DNA from: Octopus vulgaris
Taxonomy: Eukaryota
Assembly (NCBI GenBank): GCA_951406725.2
Contig: OX597818.1
Coordinates: 64,108,001-64,172,000 of the forward strand
DNA length: 64,000 bases
Reading direction: 5' to 3'
The notes below the pieces were generated by a model. The model had not been told where the DNA came from. It searched no databases and saw only the letters and a list, made by a program, of their open reading frames with translations. This document shows, piece after piece, positions 13,253-28,463 of the stretch (position 1 is the first letter of the stretch; each line of letters begins with the position of its first letter). The translations under genes and the position numbers were made by a program.

Positions 13253-13900
13253 GGTAAAAGACATTTTTTTTTCTTGGTGATACCTGCCAATAGTTCCTGG
13301 CCTATTAGTCTTAATCTCTCTCCCTGTGATAACCAAGATGATGGTTGCTTTTCCATTTTACGAGTCATTTTCTAGGGTATGTCTATACAATTTTTTCCAT
13401 ACCTTGCAGTGTTTATAAGTCTCAAATCTGTGATATCTGTGGGCTGCATGCTTTATAGCTCCCGTTTTAGCTTAGATTTTCTTTGCTTTACGCCTTGTAA
13501 TATTTCTCTATTTTCCTCCGTAGTTATCGGGTAATATGATACTTTCCTTTCATTTTCGTCTTGCCTGAAGACAATTTTTTTTTTTGTTTTTGTCATGATT
13601 TGTGTGTATTTGTATTAGTTTTCCTTGGTTTTCTGTTCTATGCCGCATACTTAATAATAGATTTTCTAGTGATATAAGGCTACGGTCACCCACCATCATT
13701 TCATTGCATATATAAGCTTTCTATGCCAGTGTTTGGGTGGCGCATTCTATAGTTTCGCTATTACATTTGCATCCTATTAAGAATAGTGTAAATGTAAATT
13801 ACAACTAAGAGAGTTTCCTTAGTTTTACTTTGATTATTACAATTGAGCTCTGAGTATGAAAATGTCTGGTTGTTTCTTTTATTTCGTTTCCTTTACCTAG
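13253..13900 (-). mobile_element. Possible decayed N-terminal fragment of an R4/Dong-like non-LTR retrotransposon
   Basis: Purine-rich minus-strand fragments (PTDITDL, KQPSSW) loosely resemble Dong-type ORF N-termini; near a (TAA)n tract. Weak. Confidence 0.3.
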
Positions 13901-15388
13901 TTTGATATTGTTTTGTGAATTAGGTTTCTTCTACTCAAGATTGATTTCAGCTAATTTTCTAAACCGAATTTCATATTTATATCTTTGGTAAATTCATGCA
14001 TTGCCTCTAGTAATATCTTCAGTTGTTCATCTTTACGTTATACAGCCTGAGATCGTCCATATGCAACATGTAGCAATTGTAGCCACTTAGCATGCCGAAT
14101 AAAATGCTTAACAGAATTTAGTACGTCTTTGTGTTTTCGTTTGAAATACTGCCAGGTCGAATTTGTTGCTCCCTAGTTGAGTAAAATTAGTACCAGTTCA
14201 GTGTTAGGGTCGATGTGCTTCATTTCCCCGAGTTCAGTTTGTTCCTTCATCGTCGCATCGGGTTCGTTAAATTAGTAGCAGTTGAGCAATGGGCTTTATG
14301 CAATCAAATGCCCCCTCTCACAAAATAATTCAGTTCATTTCTAGTAAGTACAAAACACCACCTGAAATAAAAGAGAGGTTGATAGATAGATATATAAAAC
14401 TACGTATGCAAAAGTATGATACGTCTATATGTACGCCGTATACATACATGCATACCTACATATATACATACATGCATCACTTCACATATATATTGATTGA
14501 CAGATATAGACGTTCCTGCATGTGCATATATGTGTTTGTGTCTGTGCATGTACGTATGTGTATATATATATTATATATATATGTGTGTGTGGGTGTGTGT
14601 TTGTGTGTGTATGTGTGTATCTTCATACACACGCCTACATACATAACTAGATTCATATATATATATATATATTCATGCATATGTACATACATACATGAAC
14701 GACTATCATTTTAAATGTGTGTGTTTGTAATTGTAATCTTTAGTAATAACTGTCATCAGGTTAAATTTAATATGCCTTCATTGTTGTCCAACGAGAACAC
14801 ACAGCTATCGTGTTTTCGGGAAATTTATGGTGCACTTTTAACAGATATTCGCAAACAAACAAAAATAAATTAAATATATCAAATAAAAATTCCACACGTT
14901 CGGCAATTGATTAAATATATTTGCAATTTTAAAATTCTGAATTCAATATATTTTCTTGTGGTGTAGCCTAGTTATAAATCAAGTAATTGCATGAGAGAAT
15001 CGGCATCATAGGACCAATATATAAGACTCGAATGATACACTAGAATCACAGGCTCACATAGAGGTCAGTGACTAAAGAATATTTGTCCCATTCTGATCAT
15101 ATAGAATAAGGCTAAAACATTCTTCATAATCTTATTGGTATGGAATAAGCAATGGTACATCTTTGATATCATACCCGTTGAAGCTATTGGATTAATGTCT
15201 TGTTCGACCACTGGTTTTATGGTCCATGTTGATCTCAGTACGCTTGTAAAGTCAGGCATTTTCGCCGAACCCCCAAGCTTCATAGAGGCAACAAAGGAAT
15301 TGTCAAGTTATGGCTGGTTGTAAACTGAAGAACTCAACGACATACACACGTATATATATGTGCATACGTATATATATGCGTATATATT

Positions 15389-15452
<64 letters not shown>

Positions 15453-15524
15453 GGGGGTGATATATGTGTCTGTGTATAATTATATATATAATATGTATAA
15501 ACGCGTATATATACATCTACATTG

Positions 15525-15703
15525 CTTTGCGGTATTTCGTCTGCCGTTACGCTCTGAGTTCAAATTTCGCCGAGGTCGAATTTGCCTTTCATCATTTCGG
15601 GGTCGATAAATAAAGTACCAGTTACGCACTGGGGTCGATGAAATCGGCTTAATCCCCTTGTTTGTTCCCTTTATGTTTAGTCCCCTGTGGGTAGTAAAGA
15701 AAT
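15525..15703 (+). mobile_element. SINE family 2 fragment
   Basis: gcggtatttcgtctgccgttacg...ggggtcgataaataaagtaccag...tgtgggtagtaaagaaata. Confidence 0.88.
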
Positions 15704-15776
15704 ATATATTTAAATAGATATACATACATATGTATATATATAGTTATGTATAAAGAAATACACACATATACACACA

Positions 15777-15819
<43 letters not shown>

Positions 15820-16043
15820 GAATGAGTACTCAAACTCAAAACCAGGTAGCAGAAAATAGTTCCCGAATACTCAAAGTAGAGTAATATGCACATTTATTAA
15901 CGTTCCAAGAACATCAAAAGAGTTAGTCAAAGGTTCGCATTTCCATGGAAATCTGAATATCAATTTTCTTGTGATGTTAATCTTGGTTTAATAAAGAAGC
16001 GAGTATATGTATATATAAAGTAACAAGGAAGTCAAGGTATTAA

Positions 16044-16127
16044 TGCAATACGCCCGTTTCAGGTGGCTCCATTTAATCGAGCTATGCAAGCAGATTAATT
16101 TAAAATGCAGTGACATCTTCAGTTTCA
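16044..16127 (-). ncRNA. Degenerate type I hammerhead-like motif
   Basis: Minus strand reads tgaaa-CTGAAGA-tgtcactgcatttt...aaatggagccacct-GAAAC-gggc-GTA-ttgca. Core intact; stems partly decayed. Confidence 0.5.
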
Positions 16128-17663
16128 AATTACAAATTTTCAACAGATAGGTTATTTATATAATGAAAGTTATAGGAAACTGCAACAGAAATATGCCCCT
16201 GTCCTGTTTGTATATTTGGCTTTAAGCGGCGGATATAATGATATACATCTGTGACAATGTATTATTTAAAAAAAAAAAAAGCTTAATATTATGGCAATTC
16301 TAAGTTTCTAACTTCGGCAGCTATTCATTCGACCGCAGTTTTACAGTTTTTTTTAATTATTTTCTTATTTTATTTATTTATTTTTTGGTTGTGGTGGGGT
16401 TGTTGCAATGTCTTGTCTGACGAAAAGATTATGACTAATTAATTGTTTGAATTCTTATATTTTTTTCAATGTCTAAACTCTAACAATTGTGGCTGAAGCA
16501 ATTTTCGATTCACGAAGCAAAATTTTGTTGCAAAAGTTGGAACAATATAAAATCTTTAAAAATTTGCACGCTGTAAATATATTCAATTATTTTAAAAATC
16601 TTTTGTGGGAGAAACCTCTCGCCACGTTTTTTCCATTTTATACACATCTATATGTGGGATGCTCCTGGCAAAAGAAGTATAATTGAAATACATGTCTACA
16701 TATCTCCACAATGAACTAAATTACTAATTAAATGCTTAAAAAGATCGCTTTGGAAATGCAGATGCTCAAACACATTTTACAAGACATCATACCCTTTGGC
16801 AACGTGATCTGCAAGAGAACATTGATATATCTAATAGAGGAAGAAATGGAATTACTATAGACTCAATATATTTTCCCCTGATATACTGTGAGGTGATTAA
16901 TTACCCTTCATCCAAACTTTTTCAACGGATGCCTTTAAACTAGAGGATGGATTAATTTAAATTTCAAAGTTTAAATTATATCGAATACATACATTTGAGA
17001 CAGCAGACATTGCCATTTATCTATTTTACTATTTTCTCCAAAATGTGTTTTATATGTTCAGATACAGGCAAATCCGAACAAGAAACTGTTCAGGAAAAAC
17101 CGTTACAGTAATGGACCTGAGTGCAAGGAGTAACTTCAAGGGGATTTGTCTGCAATTTTTCCCCTTTCCCTGACTATTCACATGTCACATTCATTGCGGC
17201 AGTAATTATCAAGAAGTATATGATCCTCTGGTTACTAATAGAGAGATGACTCTTCCTTTCTTTCATTTCATCATTTATGTGATAGAAAAATTATTTTCTG
17301 AATCATTTAAAATCAGGCAACAAAATTTAAATAATGCATGCCTGAATATCCCTAAAACTTGAGTTTTTACTCTCGTATGTGTAATTTAGCAATGAGCATA
17401 CAAATGACATTTTATCAGGAGCCAAATATAAGCACACACAACAGCAGTCTGCATTCAAGCAGAAGATAAGAAAGACACACAAAATAAACTGTCACAAAAA
17501 TGCTATTAAGGAATTGATCCTCTCTAAAATCTCATATGTAAAATTATATGCGAGAAAGATTTTCACTTATATTACTGTCATTGTAATGGGAATACGTTTT
17601 ATTAGTATCGGTATTTTCTTGTATCAATATATATATATATATGTATAAATATATATATAAATA

Positions 17664-17721
<58 letters not shown>

Positions 17722-17740
17722 TACATATATATATATATAC

Positions 17741-17771
<31 letters not shown>

Positions 17772-18479
17772 CGTGTGCGTGTGTGTGTGTGTGTGTCTGT
17801 GTGTGTGTGTATCCGTACATGTAGTAGATAACAATTATTGGTCATGATAGATGATACCAAATATTCGAGCGATAAAATTATTCCTCTTCTTTTGTGACAA
17901 TTATCGAAATATCCTACTTGTCTGGTATAATTTTCTGTTTTATGATTTTCTTTTTGGTCTAGTGAATGAATCAATACGTATGTATGATCATCATGACATT
18001 AATAATGATTCCCTCGTATTTTTCTATTATCTTCAGGAACATTACTAATCTATGTATCAATAAATCCGTCTACATCATCGAATTTGTGACGGACACTCCT
18101 GAAAAGAGGGAAAAAAATTGAATGGTAAAAGAGGGTCACATGACATGCGGTATATTGCCGTATAACATATTCAAATTAAAACTGCATTCCACCGAAAAAA
18201 AAAGCACATAGGAAAATGTGGTTTTCAGGACAACACGACAAACTTATAGAATCTAGAATGTGTCTCATTATGATTATAGGTACGAGATATTCTTTGAATA
18301 TTTATAAACAAAGGCATTGTTAAAACTACATAATCTATGATATGCAAATGACAGCGTGAAGAGATTCTGTATATTTAACCTCAAAATCTTCTCCTTCGTC
18401 GTATCTAATTTTGCTATATTAGCTCCTAACTGTAGTAATGAGAGTGAGTTAAATTGGTAGCGTAACGTCGGGCGCCGTT

Positions 18480-18700
18480 ACGCAAAAACTTTTCTCTATG
18501 TGGATTTGGAGGCTCGACTAGGAAAGGCTAACGGATTTGAAGTTCTACTCCGTACAGAGGTGTGCAAGATATGCAATGTTATACATAATGAAGATCTATA
18601 TGGGTCTAGCTCCCAACTCGGGATTTGAAATATATACCAACTACTGAAATGAAAAGCATTGAACAGCACTAAAGATCTCGTCTACTCCATTTCGAATCGG
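18480..18700 (+). mobile_element. Decayed CR1-like LINE ORF2 C-terminal fragment
   Basis: Translates as KFYSVQRCARYAMLYIMKIYMGLAPN, comparable to [27 protein letters not shown] in the intact CR1 ORF of this window. Confidence 0.7.
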
Positions 18701-19044
18701 TTCCAGGAGTCTACAACTGTGCAACGTTCTGCCAAACAAACCCAGAGATTTGCGAGTTGTGGATATAGATTTCAAAGTGCGAGTGAAGAACATTTTTTTT
18801 TTTCACCATGTGATTAATCGAAATTGCGGCACGTAACATAAAGAAGATCCTTTCAACTCTCTACTTCACCATAAACAGTAGGGGAAAGAAAAACAAATGC
18901 ACTGAATGCGGTTTTTCAGGTTTTACCCAACCTCTCGTAGTGGGAAAGCAGTTTCCTTATCTTTCAACTTTCCCTTTGATTGTCGAGGAGACTTTCAAAA
19001 GAGCAGGACAACTGAAATATTATTATTATTATTATTATTATTAT

Positions 19045-19085
<41 letters not shown>

Positions 19086-19221
19086 CTACTACTACTACTA
19101 CTACTATTATTATTACTCTTACTATTATTATCATTATCATTATTATTATTATCATCATCATTATTAACTTTATTATCATTATCATCATTATTATTATTAT
19201 AATTGTTATTATTATTATTAT

Positions 19222-19980
<759 letters not shown>

Positions 19981-20614
19981 GTATTATTTCTTGTCCGTTC
20001 CAAACAAAAAATATCTGGCCTGTTATGTTTGCACTTCGTAGAAATGTGTTTGGTAAACAACCACAGTTATTTCTTGTGTTGGTGCTTATGTATTTAATCA
20101 ATACTAAGGATTCCGCGTTTATGGGAGACTGAGATTTATTCGGATAATATACATTTGTTTTAACGTATATATGTAAACATGTGTGCAGTTACGTATGTAT
20201 GTATTTATATATGCATACCTTTTCCTCTGTTTAACCCGTCGCACCCAAAAGCTGCAGCCATACTGGACCACTATATGCTAGTACGTTTGGATTTCTTCTC
20301 TGGTGAAGTGACGAGTTAGAAAGACCTGCTCTTCGTTTTCTCTTCCGTCATGATGTAGCCTTATGAAAAATCTCAGATGAAAATTTGCTCAGGTGATCTT
20401 TGTAGACTTCAACGTCATTACATCGAAAATCTCTTAGGCCATTTGGCAGAATGTTGAACATTTGTGGACCCTTTAAACCCAAATTATTACATCATTGGGT
20501 CCTAATTCTAAGGTGGGGAAAACAGACTCTTTGGCGCTATGCAGTACCGTCAATTTCAGTGGTTTGTATAGCTTTCAATTACAAAGTTGGGCTTTAGACC
20601 TTCAAGGATATTCC

Positions 20615-20640
<26 letters not shown>

Positions 20641-20646
<6 letters not shown>

Positions 20647-20982
20647 GAATGGAGTCGAACGACGATTTAATAAAATTCCTTTATTCTAGACATATGTTTC
20701 GAAGACTGCATATTCCTAATTCGGAATTAGGAATATGCAGTCTTCGAAACATATGTCGAGAATAAAGGAACTTCGTTAAATCGTCGTTCGACTCCATTCT
20801 TTCATTTATTTATAGTAAAAAAAAACACACAAATTTCCACACGAAAGCACGTGATCTCTGCCCTTTGGCATGTAGCTTCAACCGTGTTTTCTGACACGAA
20901 TTTGCTACCCGGGTATCGGTTAACGGAATTATCCATACTAGGATAATTCATTCAACCACTTAAATAAATAAATAAATAAATA

Positions 20983-20985
<3 letters not shown>
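20641..20985 (+). mobile_element. PLE-like foldback element in (TA)n: 165-bp palindrome plus unique tail
   Basis: 20641-20722 pairs with 20724-20805 (4 mismatches, centre 20723). Carries the hammerhead 3' half GAAAC-atat-GTC (20746-20757). The tail motif tttgctacc..ggtatcggtt is shared with the 35299-35910 element. Confidence 0.75.
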
Positions 20986-21043
<58 letters not shown>

Positions 21044-21099
21044 TGCATATCTTTCAGACCTTTGCCTTGAGGTTTCAGCTTCCTTTCACCCCACAAAAT

Positions 21100-21690
21100 A
21101 GCTCTTCTGTTACCCTGAATCAAACGTGTTTGTGCAATGGCGCTAGATTGTCTAACGTTCAGCCACCAATTTGACGCTAAAAGGTGGCCACAGCTCTTGG
21201 CAGTAACCTAGAAAAGCTGACAACAAAAGTTGTATATCGTAGTAGCATTTTATTCTTTTCTCTCTTTCTGGATGATCTATTGAGCTACATACCTGAATAG
21301 CGTTGCTATCATGGCAATATAGGTATTATGGTATATTGCCATTATGGCAATATGGAATATGGTACCATTACTCATGTGAATTCTCAGATCTCGCATTAAT
21401 TCTGAGTCAGAGTTTCCGCTAACTCCTGGTCGTATGTATTCCGATTAGATCGGTATTAGAGTATCTGAAACTGCTCAGTATTGAACTCCATGTTCTTCTC
21501 ATGAAGCCATTTGTAAATTGTACTTAAATTGTTTTGCAGTTTCAGTATGCAACCAGGTTCTTTGACCACTTCTGATAGTTTTCTATCGTCGTAATAGCAG
21601 GTACGAGTTACTGACTCTGTGACCGAGAGCATATTTTAGAGGGGAACGACAAACAATTTTCGTGCTAGTACAACATTTTTGAGGGACTCT
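21100..21690 (-). mobile_element. Decayed CR1-like RT fragment
   Basis: Minus strand gives VPQ...CYYDDRKL...LQNNLSTIYKWLHEKNMEFNTEQFQIL...MRDLRIHMS...GYCQELWPP, with stops and frameshifts. Confidence 0.75.
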
Positions 21691-24320
21691 GCTGCGATTT
21701 GGTGTCGCCCGAAAGAGAAAAGAGAGCGAGAAAGAGGATCAGAATTCGTAGACTCACATCTGTGATTTGAGTGTCAGTAATCGAAGTAATTTTGCCGTTG
21801 CATTTTCCCAACCTTGAGATGCCAAGTAGTTACATATGTTTACTCTATATTGTAAGAACTAATGATTATATGTTTCTATGCAAACTCACCTGAAATAATA
21901 AATACGAGTTCAGGAAATTACATTACAGGCTCTAACGAAGCTGTGTCGTATAAGCTACGGATACATATTCACGACCAAGAACACGAAAACCTAATTTTAT
22001 CGCTCCCATGTGGAGACGAAGATATATGTCTGGCAACAACATTACTTTATATTAGTGGCTCCTGCGGCTAACGACTAATTTCATCTATGTATGAATAATC
22101 TATCCGCAGAAATATTTCAGTAGTTATCGGGAATATTCAGCAATAATTCCGGTTCGTAAGAAAGCAAAATAGGGAGCGCTTGCGTAATGGAGTAATAATT
22201 AAATACTTTTTTTAATGTAGTCTTTTTACCGGAATGTTTGTAATAACTTATATAAATGGTAGGAAAAACACTTGTATTACACATACTCAAAAACATGAAA
22301 CATATTAAAACGTATTGCTAAGAATGGATGTCATCTTCAATGAAACAACTTAACATGACTTAAGATGACTTAACGTATATATTCTTCAACATTCAATAAG
22401 CACTTCTGGAGCTTTACAATGTCAGGAATGCAGGTGTAAGAATTACTAAATTTTGGAGAGATTTGGTTGTTTCGTTTAATGAAATCAAAGGCTGCAAAAA
22501 AAAAGCCTTTTTATTGCATTGACAAACACAAGTAAATAGCAAATCCAATGTCACATTTAACAATTGAGAAATGTCTAACGTAAATTCACTGCTCAAAATA
22601 AAGTTGATATCATTTCCTGAAAAACCTAGCTTATTCAGACTCTCACTGAGGCATTTATTCACAAATCCACCAATTATCATTGGTATAAATGTGAATTGAG
22701 TGTATATAGAAGCGGGATGCTTCGAAGCCTTTTTCTGTACTTATATTTTTACTCTTAGATTTTCAAAGATATTTCATCACAATTACTATAAGCAGACAGC
22801 AGATGAAGCAGTTGAGACATTTAAACTGGTCAACGCAATCAAGATGCAAAGATCAGCTACAAAAAATATTCAAAATGGCCCCGTATGGGATTTAACAAAC
22901 TGATAAATGTTGGGAAGCATTTTTTAGGGCCACGAAATTTAATAACGAATCTTTTATCTCATTATATGTAGGCAAATATCCGTCACTGACTGTAATACTA
23001 TACGAATTTGGTGAACAAATACAAGGAATACCTACATTGCTCTGAAATCTGATAAGGCAAAATACATACAGGTTTCAGCTACGTGATGCGAATGCTGTTT
23101 TTAGAGAATACAATGATGCTAGGGACAGATTATAGATAGACTGATATTGGCAGCATTTAAAACCAAAAAATAAATTACTAATTATATGATAGAATGTCTG
23201 ATGATGTTATCCAAGATTCCTGGGTAAAGCGCGAAGCGGTTGTGCGATAAAAGCAATTTTAGATTGGTTGAAATAGGTTTGGGACATGTTTGACCACTAA
23301 TAAGGCATTTTCTCTGCAATTTTCAACGACGAAATATTCTGAATTTAGGTAAGGTATGTTAAAAAATGACAAACAGTTCTGAGCGTTTCCTATTGAGTGG
23401 TGAAAGCACTTCTAGCATTTCAGCTCCGCATCATTACCACATAAGAAGTGAGGCAATTTAAAACTGACAAGATGACAAGACCTCGCTTCCATGGAAGAAA
23501 TCAGTAGGTTCTATCTGGAAATGCATTTAGCAATCCATGGGGACGGCTATGAATTTATTTTGGTGTCTTTACAACCTTTCTACACGAATAGAAGATATAG
23601 TTCCGTCTTTTAAGGTCGCAAATATATTGTGCTCATTTTATTTTATTTTATATTTATAAATCGATATGTATATCAATTTTCTTAACGGGTTTTAATCATC
23701 ATTTATCTAAAGTGAATTCGTTTCAGATAATTCCCTTTAAATTTATAAATTATTTGTTCTTATACAATATGATAGAAATTATCATGCAAAAAATGTATGA
23801 TGTAAATTATAATGTAACAATTATAGAAAATTTACTGAGAAATATTCATATATATATTGTATCATATGGCTGCCTATGGCTATATTTGGTAAACGATTAG
23901 ATCATATTTTTAAACATATTTTATAATGAAGGCTTATTGATCATGCTTACATCAATTTTCTTTTAACCGTAGGGAATATATCCAAATTAGCGTCTTTGAA
24001 TATTTATGGTTTTAAGGCATAACATAAACAATACAGTAAATGGCTGTGAATATCTCGATTAATATGTCTTGGAAAATAGGTTTGAAAGGGAAAATGGGCT
24101 TTCAAAGAGGATATAAATCCATACGATAGGTTTCAGAATATTTCCGCAGTTTACTCATCCTAATAATTCTCCATAAAATATAGTAACATCTATTTTAATT
24201 ACTCGTTAATTGCACATTTAATAACCATACATTCACGCATACAAGTATACATACATACATACATACATACAAACACACACATATATATGTATACACACAC
24301 ACACACACACACATATATAA

Positions 24321-24373
<53 letters not shown>

Positions 24374-25151
24374 CACGTGCGTGTATTTGTGTGTTTATGT
24401 GTGCGTATATATATATTTATGGATATACGTGTGCTGCTAAATGTGGTGCGAATGAGAAAAGAGCGTTCTGCATATGTTGTAGACGTTATGGTGTTAGAGC
24501 CAAACTCAGCTTCAATTTTAATAACTTATTATATGTGCACACGAATAATGAATATAGTTTTATATGAATACTAGTTACAATTATTTCGAGACCCTTGGTT
24601 GTCTACCCTCATTTTATATAAATGATAATGCCTGAAAAATTTCGTAATGTTTGTGTCTTGCTATATCCCAGCGACACATCATTATCCTAACACGGGAAAA
24701 TGATATTTCTCTAGAAATGGAAATAAATTGGTGTCTTCCTAAATTACTGCTGTCTTGAACATAAATTCAGATCATTGAGTATCTTTATTTTACTTAGTCA
24801 TAGACTACGCCTCACACACAAAAGCCTAGATAAACATATCAACTAAAGTTACGAATTTTAACCTCTACACACCTTCTGCTATTTGTGATTTCTCGCTTAT
24901 AGTCTGAGAATTCAACATGACCTGAACTAAGAATGATAATGACTTTTATCTGAAAAAGTCTGCTGTTATTATTTCTGCTCCTTTATCACGAAGGCAAAGT
25001 CAATGGCGATGGCATGCTTGTAGTGTCAAGGAAAGGAATTTATTTTATAGAAGTAAACTTTGGTGACAATAGATTTAGGTGTCAATAGGAAATTATTATA
25101 TAAATATAAGTTTCATAATGATGTTTGTATATACATATAATATTCGTTTTA

Positions 25152-25354
25152 AGGTGGCGAGCTGGCAGACACGTTACCACGCCGGGCGAAATGCGTAGCT
25201 GTATTTCGTCTGTATTTCGACTTTGCCTTTCATCCTTTCGGTGTCAATAAATTAAGTACGAGTTTAGCACTGGGGTCGATGTAATCGACTTAATTCCTTT
25301 GTCTGTCCTTGTTTGTCCCCTCTATGTTTAGCCCCTTGTGGGGAGTAAAGAATT
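25152..25354 (+). mobile_element. SINE family 2 with 17-bp TSD
   Basis: ggtggcgagctggcagacacg head; TSD atataatattcgtttta at 25135-25151 and 25355-25371. Confidence 0.9.
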
Positions 25355-26403
25355 ATATAATATTCGTTTTATTATATTATCAATTATAATGGCGCTTTCC
25401 ATATTTCTGTGTTGATTATTTAGGTTGTTATTTTGTCATTTTGATAATCATTATAACAATTATATCCGGCAAATATAATTACATTGTTTATTAAAATTGA
25501 AACCAATGACTTACCTCATATTACGTCGTTCACACTATCAGAATAATAAGATATGAAAATGGAGACATACTATCTTTATGAGAATGTTAAAAGTGTTTCC
25601 CAAAGCTCATTGTAAACAAATCCATTCTCACAGTATATGCAGATGGAAAGGTTATGCAAGAGCTTAGTAAAGCTTTCGTAAAAATGATTCAACGTTGTTA
25701 GAAAAGTTACGCTTTTAATCGAAGTGTGGTAAACACTTTTCGCGTAAAATATAAAAAGCAGACTTCATCGATGGAGATGCGAAGGAAGATGGTAAATTTA
25801 ATTACTCATTCAGCTATTCTTCCATCGGAATGAGTTTCTGTAGTCATTTCAGTAATCAAAGAATTACATTTGTTCTGAGTTTCAAAACACTCATCTTGTA
25901 TTTTCACCACGATTGTGAGCAAAATATTAATACATGCCCATAAACGTGAGTGATCAGGTTTTGTATCCAACAATATTCTTAGTATCAATTTAAAAAAGCC
26001 ATGTAAGACCCAAGTATTAAAACATGAAGAGTTGTATAATACCTCACAGTTTTGATACGTTAGAGCTATCTTGTAATATATTAACGGTATTTCCATTTTC
26101 CTTTCAGAAATAGCGTATACGATTTCCAAAAAATATGTAAAAAGTAAAAGAGAATATTTACATGTATTTGTGTCTCTTTGTTTCATAAATTCAGAAAAAG
26201 AATTAAAGTTCTATTTTTTTATTATTCTTAAGTCCAGACATAAAAGAATATGTAAGTTAGAATGTTTGAAACTTACTCGTACATCTGAAAAAATTGCACG
26301 AAAATAATTACGTCACTATAACGTCATTGTATACATTGCAGGTTTCTATGATTATGCTACAATTTTGTGGTATCAGGATGTGAGAAAACATATCAAAAAT
26401 GAT

Positions 26404-26464
<61 letters not shown>

Positions 26465-26640
26465 TCAACACATCATATAACGCTAAATTGATTATCTCAT
26501 TTGAAGATTCAGGAATGTATTAATAATATATTTCTAATTAGTCTAAAGTATATTTATATTTATAGAATGATTATGTTTGAAATTCAAACTGTACATAAGG
26601 CGAAATTTTCGCGTTATGTTGGAGGAAAATATTATTATTA

Positions 26641-26857
26641 TATGAGTGGGGTGCTGAAAAGTTTCTAGTTTTAAGGGCATCGCGAAACGATGGTTGGAGG
26701 CCAAAACTTCTGAGTTTTTTTACAGGGCTTGGAGAAACTGAAGGTTTGCTTCAATAACTGAGTGAATCTGAGAGGAGTATGTATAGAATAAAATCATAAT
26801 TAATAAATGCTTCTATTCGCTTTTACTCGTAGCCAGGAAATTTTCAACACCACATGC
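26641..26857 (+). mobile_element. Non-autonomous mariner-like element
   Basis: TIR-like ends ggggtgctgaaaagtttcta and gccaggaaattttcaacacc. Internal FLQGLEKLKVCFNN*VNLRGVCIE* resembles the mariner transposase C-terminus. Confidence 0.7.
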
Positions 26858-27509
26858 AATGAATTCGAAATGGAAATAGACTTACCTGTTTTTACACATA
26901 TATTCATTAACGGATTTCAGAGCTATTTCCAATGCATAATGCACCTCAGGCAAATTATTGGAATTATGCATTTGCTAATAACTTAATTTAGTAAAGTCAG
27001 TAAAAAGATCAAAGATAAATATGTGTCGAAAGGGGAGATCAAAGACTAACTTGTTCGTAATATTATACATTAATATATACTGCATATCGTAAAATATGTA
27101 TAAAAATTAATCTACTGTAGCATTCACACTAAATACTGTAACAGATAGAATTTTCCGAATATATGTCAATTTTGCAAATTGGCAAATTAAAACCTCATAA
27201 TTGTAAAATATATAAAATCGGCTTCCTCGGAACTAATCGAATGGATTTGTGGTAATGTTCGTAAAATAAACATCAAATAATAAAATAAATAAAACATTGC
27301 CAAGAAAGCTAAACTTGCTCAGATGCGTAATTATATTCAATTATACGGAAATAGATGGATAAAATACTGCTCGTAGGTACGTAAATTTGCATATGTACGA
27401 ACATATATGTGTACATGCATGATATATGTATATATGTATATATACATGCATGATATATGTATATATGTGCATATATATATATGCATATATATATATATAT
27501 ATATATAAA

Positions 27510-27540
<31 letters not shown>

Positions 27541-27595
27541 TACATATATCATGCATGTATATATATATATATACACACATATAAATATATCATGC

Positions 27596-27628
<33 letters not shown>

Positions 27629-27653
27629 TATATATATAAATATATATATATAA

Positions 27654-27696
<43 letters not shown>

Positions 27697-28154
27697 TATA
27701 TAAATATATGTATGTATATTTGCGTTTGTGTATGTGTGCACATATTGTATATATAAGTGTAAGCATATATACTTGGTATGTGTCACTCTGTATATGTACG
27801 CGTGTAGAAGTGTCGCCTGGAATATCTATTTCCACACAACATTTATGGTTATGAGAGAAGCAATTTCGCCTCAGCATCTTTGAAATAGCGATTAGTCTTA
27901 CGCGGATCAAATATCTAATTAGATCTTCAGAATATCTATTGAATATGAAGCTGAATTAGACGGATAATGAGGCAGATTTTTGAGTGATGTCTGTCACGAT
28001 GATATCACATTGCTATCGTTCCCTGGCAATATCATGCAGACATGTTTGAAAGAAACAAGCATACAGCTACACACGCACGTACATACATATAACACATACA
28101 CACTCACGCACACATATTCGCTTATGTATATATATATATATATATATATATACA

Positions 28155-28463
28155 CTGTTCATTCGTGTATGAGAGTCATGTGATTGAAACTTCTAAATGT
28201 GTTTAAATATACACCAAAATTTATAAATATAATACAGTGTACATTTAGAAACATTTAGAGGTTTCCATCATAGGACTCCCTTACGCTAGAAGGAACAGCT
28301 GATTCTTCTAGTGTAAGGAAGACCTATGAAGGAAAACCTATGATGTGTTTATATATAGACCACATTTTATATAAATAATATATAGTCTTTTGATTAATTT
28401 TTATATACGCTAGGCCACTGGTTGCAAAAATTTCTAAAATCTTTATTACCCTCCTCATATTAT

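Noticed and set aside
14990-15330. Possible host exon (likewise 17040-17260, 22950-23600, 25806-26186, 54090-54700)
   Set aside because: No recognisable domain or convincing splice-bounded frame by eye; more likely decayed transposon sequence. Small exons cannot be excluded without RNA-seq.
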